This document shows positions 11,082 through 21,536 of a stretch of 64,000 nt of DNA, in pieces; the first letter of the stretch is position 1; the number at the start of each line of letters is the position of its first letter. Location of the stretch: the IMG/VR virus record IMGVR_UViG_3300023292_000006; one strand, 5' to 3'. Origin of the DNA: an uncultured virus (IMG/VR IMGVR_UViG_3300023292_000006). Lineage: Duplodnaviria; Heunggongvirae; Uroviricota; Caudoviricetes. A program made the translations under genes and the position numbers. The notes below the pieces were generated by a model. That model was not told where the DNA came from, did not search any database, and worked only from the letters and a program-made list of their open reading frames with translations.

Positions 11082-11827
11082 AAAACATTACAATTAATGA
11101 TATCACATTTCAAATAACTGATGATTGCTATATGAAATATCAAAAGTTTTGGAATATCAATCAAAATGGAAATTGGGAACCTACTATATACAATGCAATG
11201 TCAAAATTCATTTCGTCTGATTCAGTGTATATTGACATGGGAACATGGATTGGACCATGTATTTTATATGCAGCTAATATAGCAGAGCGATGTATCGGAG
11301 TTGAACCAGATCCTGTAGCATTATCATTTCTAAAAGGCAATATGAAATGCAATAAACAATTTGAAATATTCGAAGGTGCAATTTCAGATAAACGAGGGGT
11401 ATTGAATTTATATGCAGCTGGAAAATTTCGAATGGGATCCAGTGGATCATCACTTTTGTTAAATGATCAATATATTGATGATTCTAAAATAGTAAAACAT
11501 TATAAGAATGTGAAGAATAGAGAATCTGAGAAAATCAAATCTATAACATTTTCTGATTTTGTATCCGACTTTAATATTACTAAATGTGATTTCATTAAAA
11601 TAGATGTCGAAGGCAGTGAAAAACTAATTGTGCCTCAGATGCTAGATTTTTTAATGGAATGTAAACCAGTCGTATATCTATCAATTCATAGTTGGTTTTT
11701 AGATGAATCAGATAAAGCAGGAATCATTAGTATCTTGCAACATTCTAAATCTATATTAAACAAAAATATGGAGATAATATCATTATCAAGTATTTTTAAA
11801 CATAAAGAAGTAATCATAATATTTTAG
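11078..11827 (+). CDS. FkbM-family methyltransferase
   Basis: YIDMGTWIG, VEPDP, FIKIDVEGSE. Confidence 0.9.
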   Translation: MKNITINDITFQITDDCYMKYQKFWNINQNGNWEPTIYNAMSKFISSDSVYIDMGTWIGPCILYAANIAERCIGVEPDPVALSFLKGNMKCNKQFEIFEGAISDKRGVLNLYAAGKFRMGSSGSSLLLNDQYIDDSKIVKHYKNVKNRESEKIKSITFSDFVSDFNITKCDFIKIDVEGSEKLIVPQMLDFLMECKPVVYLSIHSWFLDESDKAGIISILQHSKSILNKNMEIISLSSIFKHKEVIIIF

Positions 11828-11897
11828 TATAGATACATCTTTTTGATAGTTGTATAACTATAATATCTGATTGAATAATTTTACTTACATATTAACA

Positions 11898-11910
11898 GAA
11901 CAAATTAAAA
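11898..11910 (+). promoter_or_regulatory. Candidate late-promoter motif GAACAAAT (also at 20110-20117 and 21481-21488)
   Basis: The same octamer followed by an A-rich tract occurs in three intergenic gaps, 44-61 nt before + strand starts. Confidence 0.4.
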
Positions 11911-11941
11911 ATCGTATATAATAATCAGGAGATTTTGAAAC

Positions 11942-14287
11942 ATGTCAAATAGAAGAATATCAGCATCTAATTCATTAGCTCCTGTACAAGAATTGGCTGT
12001 ACAACCTTTTTCGACTTATAATTCGGATAGCGTCAACAAGATCACTCGAATAGTTACAGGGCTCCGAGATAAAGATATTGTGGTTGGTGGTCTAGATGTA
12101 CAGGGTAACCCAGACTCTTCAACAACACTATATGGTTCAACATTGATAGATGATGATTTTACTACCCTTAGTACAAATTGGTCATTGGTGGGCGGAGATT
12201 TTGTATATGATGTAATCAATGGAAATATACTGGCAACATCTCCCACGAGTGGATCGACTAATTTTGAAATGAGATATCAATCTAGAGTCGCTGATCCAAC
12301 AATTTATAAATGGTATGAGATCAAATTCACATTAGCTACCAAAAAAGATGCTATTGTGGGCAAAGGAACTCCTAGATATATTTATGTTTCATATGGTGGA
12401 CATACAGAAACATATAGTTATGCAGCTAGTGGAATTTATACATTGATGGTTCAGGCAGAAAATTCTACTGGTGAATTACGATTAACATTATCAATGGATT
12501 ATGATAATCCATTTAATCCTGATGAATGCACAATTGATGATGTATCGGTAAAAGAAGTAACCAGACAAGGTGGATATATTGAACCCATCATTGATCAAAC
12601 AGTTGACCAAGATTGTATTCATGCTGCTTGGTTGAGACCACATGAAAGTTGTAGGGTATCTGCTGGTGTTGCAATCAAAGATGATGCAATGATTAATATA
12701 ATGGGCATAGACCCAGAAAATAAACCAGTAGTTGAATTGGATTATGATACTGATGCTAACTGGATCAAAGGTCCAATGTCAACTGGTGGTTATGCCTCTG
12801 GTGCTTTTATAGATGCTGATTTTGTTGCACCAGACAAATCAGGGGCACCATGGAACCAAGCCGATGACGGTGATCCTGATAATGTATACTATTGTAATTT
12901 TCCTGATGTATCAACAGGTACGGATTATAAGTGGGCGTACATATGTGTATACTATTCTTATTTCAAGAATCCTATTCCGAACAACGCATATATTGGTTTC
13001 GCTAGAGATGAAGAAATCAATGATCCAATTTATGGAGAAGATTACCTACCATTAGCAAAACTCCGTTTTACAGAAAAAGGTGTTGTTGATGCAATCTTTT
13101 ATTATCCAATTAGAAATGATTGGGGTGTAATTGACGCAGCTAATACAACATATTTGCTACTTAATGATTTGCGTCATTGGGAAACCAGACCAACTAATGT
13201 ATCCATAGCATTAGATATTCTTGCTGCTAGGATGTATGCGATCAAAAGATTTGAAATAGATTGGTCGAATGGTAGTGAGATAAACTCTGATTCAGATTCA
13301 TCTAGTTCATCTGGCTCCGAACCGGCAATCCAAGATGGTGATTGGCCAGTAACGACAACAACAAAACCATCTGATTGGTATTGGTACGAAAAGACTCCCG
13401 CTCCACATTTAGCTAATGCTGAAAAGGTTGGTGAACAGAATGTAGAATTTACTGATCCTGGTACATTGGATGATACAGTTTATAACAACCTAGAAGAAGC
13501 TATACTGCAATGGCCTGAAGCTTATTACGTAGTATTGGGTACAGGATCTGGGGCTGGTACAACAGTCAATCCAAATTCAATGTATGGTAATGGTAAAGTT
13601 CCAGGCGCTAAGACATTAGATGTTAAATTAAATAAATTTCTTCGAGCTGATAATACATGGCAAAACGTATCACTTGATGAATTTGAATTATCATGGGATG
13701 ATCCATGGGATCCAATTGGAGAATCATGGACACAGGTTGGTACATTTGGTGATTTATTAGAAGATGCTAAATCAGTATGGCCTGATGAATATTGGAAAGT
13801 AATAAATACAGATGATCCATCATTACCATTTAGAAAAGTCAATCCATATAATCCATCTGGTAATGGGTTGGTTCCTGGTCCAATTAAATCTGAAGTACAA
13901 TCCAGTAGTTTCTTACGTTCTGATGGTACATGGAATGCAACGGATTCAGCTTATAGATACTATCTACATGGATGGCCCCAAGCTGGTATGATTACTGGTA
14001 AAATTATAGCAACCTCTACAAGAATAATTAAAAGGATTGAATGGCATGTTGATCATAATCCAGATACTAACCCATTAATTTTTCAAATATGGTATAATGG
14101 ATCAGCGGTTGGATCAACATATAGTATACCAATTGGTATAGTTACAAATAGTAATAGTGATAGTATTGATATGGATCCAGCTGATTATTTATCAGTATCT
14201 GATAAAGGACTTGTATCAATAGTAATTGTCTCAACTGGTACTTCGCCTAATGAAGGCGGAAATGATCTAACTATTTCATTATATTAA
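11942..14287 (+). CDS. Probable virion/tail-associated protein with an internal duplication and a poly-Ser tract
   Basis: Acidic and beta-rich; two GNGxVPG..FLRxDxTW repeats (tail-fibre-type motif); SDSDSSSSSGS. Confidence 0.6.
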   Translation: MSNRRISASNSLAPVQELAVQPFSTYNSDSVNKITRIVTGLRDKDIVVGGLDVQGNPDSSTTLYGSTLIDDDFTTLSTNWSLVGGDFVYDVINGNILATSPTSGSTNFEMRYQSRVADPTIYKWYEIKFTLATKKDAIVGKGTPRYIYVSYGGHTETYSYAASGIYTLMVQAENSTGELRLTLSMDYDNPFNPDECTIDDVSVKEVTRQGGYIEPIIDQTVDQDCIHAAWLRPHESCRVSAGVAIKDDAMINIMGIDPENKPVVELDYDTDANWIKGPMSTGGYASGAFIDADFVAPDKSGAPWNQADDGDPDNVYYCNFPDVSTGTDYKWAYICVYYSYFKNPIPNNAYIGFARDEEINDPIYGEDYLPLAKLRFTEKGVVDAIFYYPIRNDWGVIDAANTTYLLLNDLRHWETRPTNVSIALDILAARMYAIKRFEIDWSNGSEINSDSDSSSSSGSEPAIQDGDWPVTTTTKPSDWYWYEKTPAPHLANAEKVGEQNVEFTDPGTLDDTVYNNLEEAILQWPEAYYVVLGTGSGAGTTVNPNSMYGNGKVPGAKTLDVKLNKFLRADNTWQNVSLDEFELSWDDPWDPIGESWTQVGTFGDLLEDAKSVWPDEYWKVINTDDPSLPFRKVNPYNPSGNGLVPGPIKSEVQSSSFLRSDGTWNATDSAYRYYLHGWPQAGMITGKIIATSTRIIKRIEWHVDHNPDTNPLIFQIWYNGSAVGSTYSIPIGIVTNSNSDSIDMDPADYLSVSDKGLVSIVIVSTGTSPNEGGNDLTISLY

Positions 14288-14302
14288 AAATAGGAAATTA
14301 CA

Positions 14303-17300
14303 ATGGCTTTAGATACTCCAACATATAGATTATCCCATCCAGAGATTCCGATGGATGGATCATCTGTATTGTTTAATTCAGGATTAGATATCCCGGCAGG
14401 TATGTATCGATTAAGATATGATGGGGGTGCGTTATATTATCAAGATGATTATATGTCATCAGGAAGTAGTTCTTCTAGTTCTAATCCTCACTATCAAGTT
14501 AATTATATGTCACTAGAAGGTAGTTCATCTAGTTCTAATGATCCATATTATCAACCAGATCCAGATGAACATTTAGGATTTTTAATTTCATCTATTGATG
14601 CTGTTGTACCAACAAGTATTGTATGTCCTGGCGGATATTCATATTATGCATCTAAAGATGATTGTGAAGTTTCAGTATTGAATACTAATGAAGTTATTCC
14701 TGATGATTATGAAGAGCGTTCTGATTTTATTGATTTTTCACATCCGGGTGGCAGAATTTCTATATCATTATATATCTTGGATTATTCAATCGTTTCATCA
14801 GAAACTACTCAACTACCAAAATTTTCAATGACTAGGATTACTGATAATCAACTGGATGATGATTTGCATCATAACCAAATTATGTATGATTATAATTGTG
14901 ACGGAGTTGATCATACATTTTCGGGTACAACAAGAAATTTATTTTTCCCTCTTCATCGACGAACCGATAATGATGGTAATATTCTTAATAATATGAAATG
15001 TACTTTAACATTAACAGGAACGAATAAAACATTCGAAATATGGTACGGAGAATCTCTTAAATATACGCTCACACCAACACCTGGTCCAACTCCATATTCT
15101 TTAGATATAAATGGTGATAATGAATATGATCATATTATGATTAAAGTATATGATACAGTTATATCGAACCAGCCAGCAAATGGTCATGAATATACTATTA
15201 ACATGACGCAACCAACACTTGATTCACCTGATCCTAGAAGTGCAACCATTGTTAGCCCCACTGATGCAAGTGGCATTCAATTATCTCCAACCAGAATTGA
15301 ATTAGATTGGGATGAACATGTTGATCAAGATGATCAGTTAGAGGAGATTTTGGGTTGGGATATTTATTTAGCTAAATCAGATACCTCTTTTATTCCAACA
15401 GCTGATATTGATTATTATATCGGTTCAACTACTGGGAGTATTACAAGTTTTATTCTCCCAACACTGGAAAAAAATTCATCATATAAATGGTGGATTATTC
15501 CATATTCATCTTCATATAATGGAATAGGTATTAGTAATGATACAATTGTAATGTGGAGTTTTGAAACTAGTGATGATAGTGTTGATATTTATTCACGAGA
15601 TGATAGATCTACAAATATAAATCCACTCACATTTAATGTGGATTTAAATTGGAGTTTATTTGGTTTTCCTTTATCCATTGCGCCAGATAATCCCGTTGTA
15701 GGTGATCAATTTCTTGTATCGACATTACCATTACCAACAGGTGATTGGCTCGGTGAAGGTGGAAATATAGCATCATGGATCGATGATCCATTAAATCCGG
15801 GTATTGAAATATGGGAGTTCTCTTCTCCTGATACTGATCAATATAGTGATATTGTATCCTTTGGTGTTTATTATTCATTCAGTGCCAGGAATGGTGCGGA
15901 TAATTGGATTGCTGTGGATAATGTTGAAAAAACTATTGCTACTGAATATAACCTTCATATGGATCTTTTAACGGATTTACCAGATTGGCCATCAACTAGT
16001 TCTAGATATGAAGCTATTAAAGCATTTACTGGTAAATCAGATAATATTTTAAAATTTAAAGTAATTGCTTTTAACATTGGATTTTTAAGAAATGAATCAT
16101 GTTGTATTGCATTTGCTGTATCTAATGAACAATATATTAAACATTTTTCAACTAAGAAACAATTATATATTAATCTAGATGGAACATATATTGGAAATGG
16201 TGTTTTAGGTGTAACAAAATTTGAAAAATTTCATACATACGATGAATGTGAATTTGTATGGGATAGTGATGTTATGAATACATCATTTTCATTAGATGGT
16301 ACTGGATTGTGGGATCCATCTCGTATTACTATTGACAATAATAGACACACTACAAATAGACCACCATCAATATGGGCAGCATTTCGAGATAACAACAATT
16401 TACATAAAAAGGGGAATGGTGTTGCTAAATTTGATTATTACACTGGACTCGTAGATAAGTATTGGCAAGAAGACGGTCAACCGAATCACTCATTAATTCA
16501 TAATGGTGGTACTCGGGGTATCACTTTAAGTTCGAGTGATGGTGATGCTTATTGTGGGTCACCTGGTAATTATAATGTTAGTCACCTTCAGACTGATACG
16601 CAAGTTGATGCTATTGAAACACATCCACCGGGAAATCAAAGTAATTATGGTGCTACTCATGATCAATTTGACGGTATATGGTATATACGAGCAGATTTGA
16701 GTCATCCAGGAATTAGCCATTATAACCCCATTACTGGCGGTACAGCTTATTACGATTTTGCAACTGACTTTCCTGGAACTATTGATCATGGATATTGTGT
16801 TACTACAGACACTCGAGGTGGTATATGGGTGTCCGGATACGATAATACCCCATATATTAAATGTATAAGACTTATGCCTCAAGGTGATAACACTGTTATT
16901 AACACTAACTATATATCAATACCATTTAATACAACTCCTGCAGGACAATGTAGTGGAATAATATGTGATCTAGAAGACTCAAATGGATATTTTAATATAT
17001 GGATGTGTCAAAATCAGGTGAATTTAATTCATAAATTTTCTATGAAACATAACGCTGACGGAACTATAGATTTTTTGAGTCATATCTTTTTTAGTTGTAC
17101 TGATGTAGGTGCACCAATTGGATGGAGACCACATGGTATAGCAATAGATTCCGATAATAATATTTGGGTCGCTCCTATTGGACACGGAACAATTAAAATA
17201 TATCAAAAAACTGATTCAACTTTGTGGGGTGATGGAATGAAAACACAAGGGGGATATGTTAGATACTCAATGGATTATGAACACGAAGTTTATGATCAAT

Positions 17301-17665
17301 GGGATACTGGTATATATGATGATATATCTGGATATGACCTAATATCTGATCAGACAGATAGTAGTAGTCCATATCATGGTTTAATTATTGGTAACACTAT
17401 ATATAATCCTCCTTATAGATTTATAGCTTATGATCAATTATCAAATGAGAAATTATATCCCGGTTTTGATACTGCATCAGCTGCTGGATATACTGGTTAT
17501 AAAGCTAAATTCTTTTCTGAGTCTACAGGGTCTGGTAAGGAACCCATTTCGACAATGTATATGTATTCAGATTTTACTGGTCAAGTAATGAAATTATATT
17601 CATCACAAAGTCCTGTATTTGAGACTACTAACATATATGAACCAGTATGGAAAAGAACCAGTTAG
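14303..17665 (+). CDS. Large virion/tail-associated protein (Fn3-like, DUF2793-like and beta-propeller segments)
   Basis: LDW..WDIYL..LEKNSSYKWWI (Fn3-like); PVVGDQFLV..TGDWLG..IASW; GIAIDSDNNIWV / TTDTRGGIWV propeller blades; two poly-Ser tracts. Confidence 0.6.
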   Translation: MALDTPTYRLSHPEIPMDGSSVLFNSGLDIPAGMYRLRYDGGALYYQDDYMSSGSSSSSSNPHYQVNYMSLEGSSSSSNDPYYQPDPDEHLGFLISSIDAVVPTSIVCPGGYSYYASKDDCEVSVLNTNEVIPDDYEERSDFIDFSHPGGRISISLYILDYSIVSSETTQLPKFSMTRITDNQLDDDLHHNQIMYDYNCDGVDHTFSGTTRNLFFPLHRRTDNDGNILNNMKCTLTLTGTNKTFEIWYGESLKYTLTPTPGPTPYSLDINGDNEYDHIMIKVYDTVISNQPANGHEYTINMTQPTLDSPDPRSATIVSPTDASGIQLSPTRIELDWDEHVDQDDQLEEILGWDIYLAKSDTSFIPTADIDYYIGSTTGSITSFILPTLEKNSSYKWWIIPYSSSYNGIGISNDTIVMWSFETSDDSVDIYSRDDRSTNINPLTFNVDLNWSLFGFPLSIAPDNPVVGDQFLVSTLPLPTGDWLGEGGNIASWIDDPLNPGIEIWEFSSPDTDQYSDIVSFGVYYSFSARNGADNWIAVDNVEKTIATEYNLHMDLLTDLPDWPSTSSRYEAIKAFTGKSDNILKFKVIAFNIGFLRNESCCIAFAVSNEQYIKHFSTKKQLYINLDGTYIGNGVLGVTKFEKFHTYDECEFVWDSDVMNTSFSLDGTGLWDPSRITIDNNRHTTNRPPSIWAAFRDNNNLHKKGNGVAKFDYYTGLVDKYWQEDGQPNHSLIHNGGTRGITLSSSDGDAYCGSPGNYNVSHLQTDTQVDAIETHPPGNQSNYGATHDQFDGIWYIRADLSHPGISHYNPITGGTAYYDFATDFPGTIDHGYCVTTDTRGGIWVSGYDNTPYIKCIRLMPQGDNTVINTNYISIPFNTTPAGQCSGIICDLEDSNGYFNIWMCQNQVNLIHKFSMKHNADGTIDFLSHIFFSCTDVGAPIGWRPHGIAIDSDNNIWVAPIGHGTIKIYQKTDSTLWGDGMKTQGGYVRYSMDYEHEVYDQWDTGIYDDISGYDLISDQTDSSSPYHGLIIGNTIYNPPYRFIAYDQLSNEKLYPGFDTASAAGYTGYKAKFFSESTGSGKEPISTMYMYSDFTGQVMKLYSSQSPVFETTNIYEPVWKRTS

Positions 17666-17724
17666 TTGGTGAGAAAACTGAATAAATTTAAAATGGGGTT
17701 ACTTAATTAAAGGGAAATCGGAAC

Positions 17725-17970
17725 ATGAAACAAATGATTGAAACTATTATAAAGACAATTGCTACAAAACCTGAAGTGGTTACTATTAATGAAATAAAAG
17801 GTGATGATTCTTCTATCTTTGAAGTCACAGTCGATAAATCAGATTTAGGAAAAATGATTGGCAAGGCCGGAAAGAACGCTCAAGCTATCAGAACGTTAGT
17901 ATTTGCTGCTAGTTATAAATATGGTAATCGCCGATATCAAATAGAAGTTAAATCCCCACATGACGAATAA
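17725..17970 (+). CDS. khpA: KH-domain RNA-binding protein (KhpA/YlqC family)
   Basis: 81 aa; DLGKMIGKAGKNAQAIRTL with the GxxG loop. Confidence 0.9.
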   Translation: MKQMIETIIKTIATKPEVVTINEIKGDDSSIFEVTVDKSDLGKMIGKAGKNAQAIRTLVFAASYKYGNRRYQIEVKSPHDE

Positions 17971-18029
17971 ATAAATATAGGGTGGAGACAAGAAATTTAT
18001 AATAAATATAGTTTATCTTAGGAGAATAT

Positions 18030-19085
18030 ATGAGATGTCATATATGTAACCAAGATTTTGATATTAGTGATAGCAGAAAACATATTTATTTATTTCATAA
18101 ATGGAAAACTAAAGATTATTATGATCAATTTATAAAATCAAATTCTGAAGGGATTTGTGAGTTTTGTGGTAATCCTACGACATTTATTTCTTTAGAAAAG
18201 GGATATCGACAATCATGCAGCAACCATGCCCACCTACTAGCTGCGAGAACTATCGAAAGAAAATATGGTGTTGACAATATTAGTAAACTCGAATCAATAA
18301 AACAAAAGAAAATTGATACATGTATGAAAAACCATGGTGTTAGATCTCTGTTACATCATGAAGGAAGAGAACAGTTAGAAAATCATAATCTAAAAAATTT
18401 TGGTGTAAAAAATCTCGCTAGTTTAGACGAAACAAAAAAAACAATCAAGAAAACATTTAATCGCAAGTATGGTGTTGATTGTGCCCTACAAAATTCCGAT
18501 TCTATGTTGAAATTTAAAAATACATGTAAAGATAGATTTGGTGTTGATCATCCTATGCAAAACAAAGATGTATCTATGAGATCACAACAAACATGTCGTG
18601 ATAGATTGGGTATCTCTCCTCCGTTGAAGAATGAGAAATGCATACAAAAATCAAAAGAAACATGTCTCTTAAAATTTGGTGTCGATAACTATTCTAAAAC
18701 ATTTGAATCTAGGTTAAAATCTAGAGAGAGAATACTGGATAGAATCGAAGAACAAACTGGAGAAAAAGCTAGACCGATGGAAGGTTCTGGTGAAAAACCA
18801 TGCTTCGATGAATTAGAAAAACATATTCCGTACACGATAGTAATGGGTACTTCGAAAATTAGTTATTTTCCTGATGGTTTGATCGAGGAATTGAAATTAG
18901 TTATTGAGTTTGATGAGCCTGATCATGAACGGTTATGGTATCAAAAACATGATAAAAAAAGAGATGAAGATTTTTTACGAATTGGGTATTATACATTTAG
19001 AATAAAACAAACTGAATGGCTTGGAGATAAAGAAATGGTGGTTAGAAAATTGAAACAAGTGATAATGAAAAGGAAATTGATATGA
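18030..19085 (+). CDS. Putative homing endonuclease (Zn finger, K[Y/F]GV repeats, PD-(D/E)XK)
   Basis: CHIC..H...H; FPDGLIEELKLVIEFDEPDH. Confidence 0.75.
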   Translation: MRCHICNQDFDISDSRKHIYLFHKWKTKDYYDQFIKSNSEGICEFCGNPTTFISLEKGYRQSCSNHAHLLAARTIERKYGVDNISKLESIKQKKIDTCMKNHGVRSLLHHEGREQLENHNLKNFGVKNLASLDETKKTIKKTFNRKYGVDCALQNSDSMLKFKNTCKDRFGVDHPMQNKDVSMRSQQTCRDRLGISPPLKNEKCIQKSKETCLLKFGVDNYSKTFESRLKSRERILDRIEEQTGEKARPMEGSGEKPCFDELEKHIPYTIVMGTSKISYFPDGLIEELKLVIEFDEPDHERLWYQKHDKKRDEDFLRIGYYTFRIKQTEWLGDKEMVVRKLKQVIMKRKLI

Positions 19086-19216
19086 AAACATATGTAACAT
19101 CTGAGAATACGGAAATAAAGAAAAAGAAAAAGAAATCCAAAAAAGATAAGAAATCGGTGGTTACTAAAAAGGATTTCGGTCTTACTGAAAACGCTAGAAT
19201 TGTAATGGAATAGATA

Positions 19217-19504
19217 ATGGAAAAATTAGATTTTCTAAAAGGTATAATAGATCAAAACTTACTAGATGAATTTGTAAAGGCTTCAGAGAAAGATATTGTA
19301 TTAAAGAAGGCTATTGAAAAGTCAACTGATATCAAATCATTTGTAGATGCTCTACTCGCATCTATTATATGTGTTGTCGCAAGAGAGGAATATTTTGCGA
19401 AGGAGATTAGTACATTTGTAAATAGTCATCCTGATATTACACAAGCTATCATGTCAAAGAAATTCAAAGATTCTATGACTACAGAAAGTAATGGAAATGA
19501 TTAA
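19217..19504 (+). CDS. Hypothetical protein
   Basis: ORF in an operon-like arrangement. Confidence 0.5.
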   Translation: MEKLDFLKGIIDQNLLDEFVKASEKDIVLKKAIEKSTDIKSFVDALLASIICVVAREEYFAKEISTFVNSHPDITQAIMSKKFKDSMTTESNGND

Positions 19505-20108
19505 TTTTGTTTTTTGGAATAAGACCGGTCATTCGGATAATCGAAGCGAATCTGTTAGATTTATAGTAAAAAATATCCAACCAGATGATGTGTTGATATT
19601 TAATGACATGAAACATTGGTGTTCCTCCTCTAGCGATTTGATGCACAATATAGATAACCAGTGTGGTACGGGACTGGATAGTGAATTAACATATGTTGAA
19701 AAATCCAAAATAACAAAATCTTTATACACTGCTGAAAACTTTGACATGGAAGAATTACATTCTCGTAAACATATCCAAAACTTAGTATTATTAGGATTTG
19801 ATGATTATCCACCACAACTGTTATCCGCTATGATATGTAACTTTGCTACAAAGACTGAGATATTAGGGATTACTGATATATCGGATCATTTACTATCTGG
19901 TGTACTCAGTAGGGTAAAAATATTAAAACAAGGTGGTATGAGTAGAGACCAAACAAGAATCACTATGATACTTGAAGATAAGTACCATAATAAGATGATT
20001 GATCAAGCATTACTTAGTGCATATACCTCTTCTGAATATAATGTCACCCATATTCAATCCCTGGATATGATCAGTCATTTATGGTCTAACGGGATTAGTA
20101 AAAAATAG
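19491..20108 (+). CDS. Hypothetical protein
   Basis: 205-aa ORF overlapping the upstream stop. Confidence 0.5.
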   Translation: MEMINFVFWNKTGHSDNRSESVRFIVKNIQPDDVLIFNDMKHWCSSSSDLMHNIDNQCGTGLDSELTYVEKSKITKSLYTAENFDMEELHSRKHIQNLVLLGFDDYPPQLLSAMICNFATKTEILGITDISDHLLSGVLSRVKILKQGGMSRDQTRITMILEDKYHNKMIDQALLSAYTSSEYNVTHIQSLDMISHLWSNGISKK

Positions 20109-20170
20109 CGAACAAATCCTAAAAGGGATTTTTGTATGAAAATAATCAATATCAACAATAGGATTTCATA

Positions 20171-20635
20171 ATGTTTATAATCGAAAGGTATCTTAAAGAA
20201 GATAGAGATTTTTCAAAACAGGATTCCGTGAAGGCTCTTGTTTTCCGTGGTGACTATATTTTATTGTTACGCAGACAGCAGGGACAACCTGGTGAGGGAC
20301 AGTGGGACCTTCCTGGTGGGCATATCGAAAAAGGTGAAGATAAAGTTAAGGCACTGAAGAGAGAGACTTGGGAAGAAGCCGGTCTTAAAATTGAAAACGA
20401 GAAATCGGATTCAAACTTCACTTTAGAAATTCCAGAAGATGGTGTCGAGTCAACAATGTATATCTATACAGCTGATGCTAAGGATATTGATGTTGAATTG
20501 AAGCCAGCTGATTGGGAAGGTTCTGATGGAAAACCTGAACATAATGAGTACGCGTGGTTTCAATATAAGCATGAATTAAACAATCTACCAATGCTTCCTC
20601 AACTAAAAGAAATTGTTTTAAAACATTTAAAATGA
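20171..20635 (+). CDS. Nudix hydrolase
   Basis: WDLPGGHIEKGEDKVKALKRETWEEAGL is a Nudix box. Confidence 0.9.
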   Translation: MFIIERYLKEDRDFSKQDSVKALVFRGDYILLLRRQQGQPGEGQWDLPGGHIEKGEDKVKALKRETWEEAGLKIENEKSDSNFTLEIPEDGVESTMYIYTADAKDIDVELKPADWEGSDGKPEHNEYAWFQYKHELNNLPMLPQLKEIVLKHLK

Positions 20636-21456
20636 TCAAACTATGTGCGTGTGGATGTGGGACTAAATTGTTCAATCAACATAATACATATATCGTGGGT
20701 CATAATACTCTCGGTTCAAAACAATCAAAAGAAACAATTAAAAAAAGAAAACAAACACAATTAAAAAGGTATGGTGTTGAGCATTCTCAACAATCTGCAA
20801 ATATTAGACAAAAATCTAAACATACATTATTGAAAAATTTTGGAGTATCCCATCCGTTACAATCAAAAGTAATTAAAGAAAAGAGTAAATCTACAATTTT
20901 AAAAAATTACGGAGTAACGAACGCATCAAAATCACCAGAAATACAAGATAGGAAGATTCAGACGAGTTTAAAAAGATATGGAGTAACCAGCCCCAATCAA
21001 TGTGATTCAGTTAAAGAAAAAAAGAAATTATCATATCAAAAACATTTTAATGTAGATCATTGGTCAAAGTCTGTTGAAGGTAGACAAATACATAGAGAAT
21101 CCATGTTGAATAATATTCAACTGAACTATAAATCAAATCAACCACTAACACCAGTTACGGGAAAATACGAAAATGGATTTTTTAAAGAACTACAAAAATA
21201 TTCATGTTACACTATAGTTCGGCCAAATAAACATATCTGCGGATATTTTCCTGATGGATATATAGATGAACTCAAGTTAATAATAGAATTTGATGAGAAA
21301 CATCATAGATACACGAAACAAAAAGAACATGATATAAGAAGAGATATTTTTTTCAGAGGGAAGAATTATGTAACATTTAGAGTTAGTCAACATGACTGGT
21401 TTTATGAACAAGAAAAAGTTTTGAATGAATTCAAAACATTAACTAAAAGTATTTAA
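20632..21456 (+). CDS. Putative homing endonuclease (CACGCG knuckle, KYGV repeats, PD-(D/E)XK)
   Basis: LCACGCG..YIVGHN; FPDGYIDELKLIIEFDEKHH. Confidence 0.75.
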   Translation: MIKLCACGCGTKLFNQHNTYIVGHNTLGSKQSKETIKKRKQTQLKRYGVEHSQQSANIRQKSKHTLLKNFGVSHPLQSKVIKEKSKSTILKNYGVTNASKSPEIQDRKIQTSLKRYGVTSPNQCDSVKEKKKLSYQKHFNVDHWSKSVEGRQIHRESMLNNIQLNYKSNQPLTPVTGKYENGFFKELQKYSCYTIVRPNKHICGYFPDGYIDELKLIIEFDEKHHRYTKQKEHDIRRDIFFRGKNYVTFRVSQHDWFYEQEKVLNEFKTLTKSI

Positions 21457-21536
21457 TATACATCACTTAAATATAAGAAAGAACAAATAATAAATCTGAT
21501 TTTAAACAGGTATATGTTATTTGGAGGAAAGATACA

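Noticed and set aside
9..11827. Bacterial O-antigen/capsule locus or eukaryotic giant-virus origin
   Set aside because: No wzx/wzy or sugar-synthesis genes; interleaved phage-type endonucleases, SD sequences, coupled operons and a spanin/holin-like pair favour a bacteriophage.
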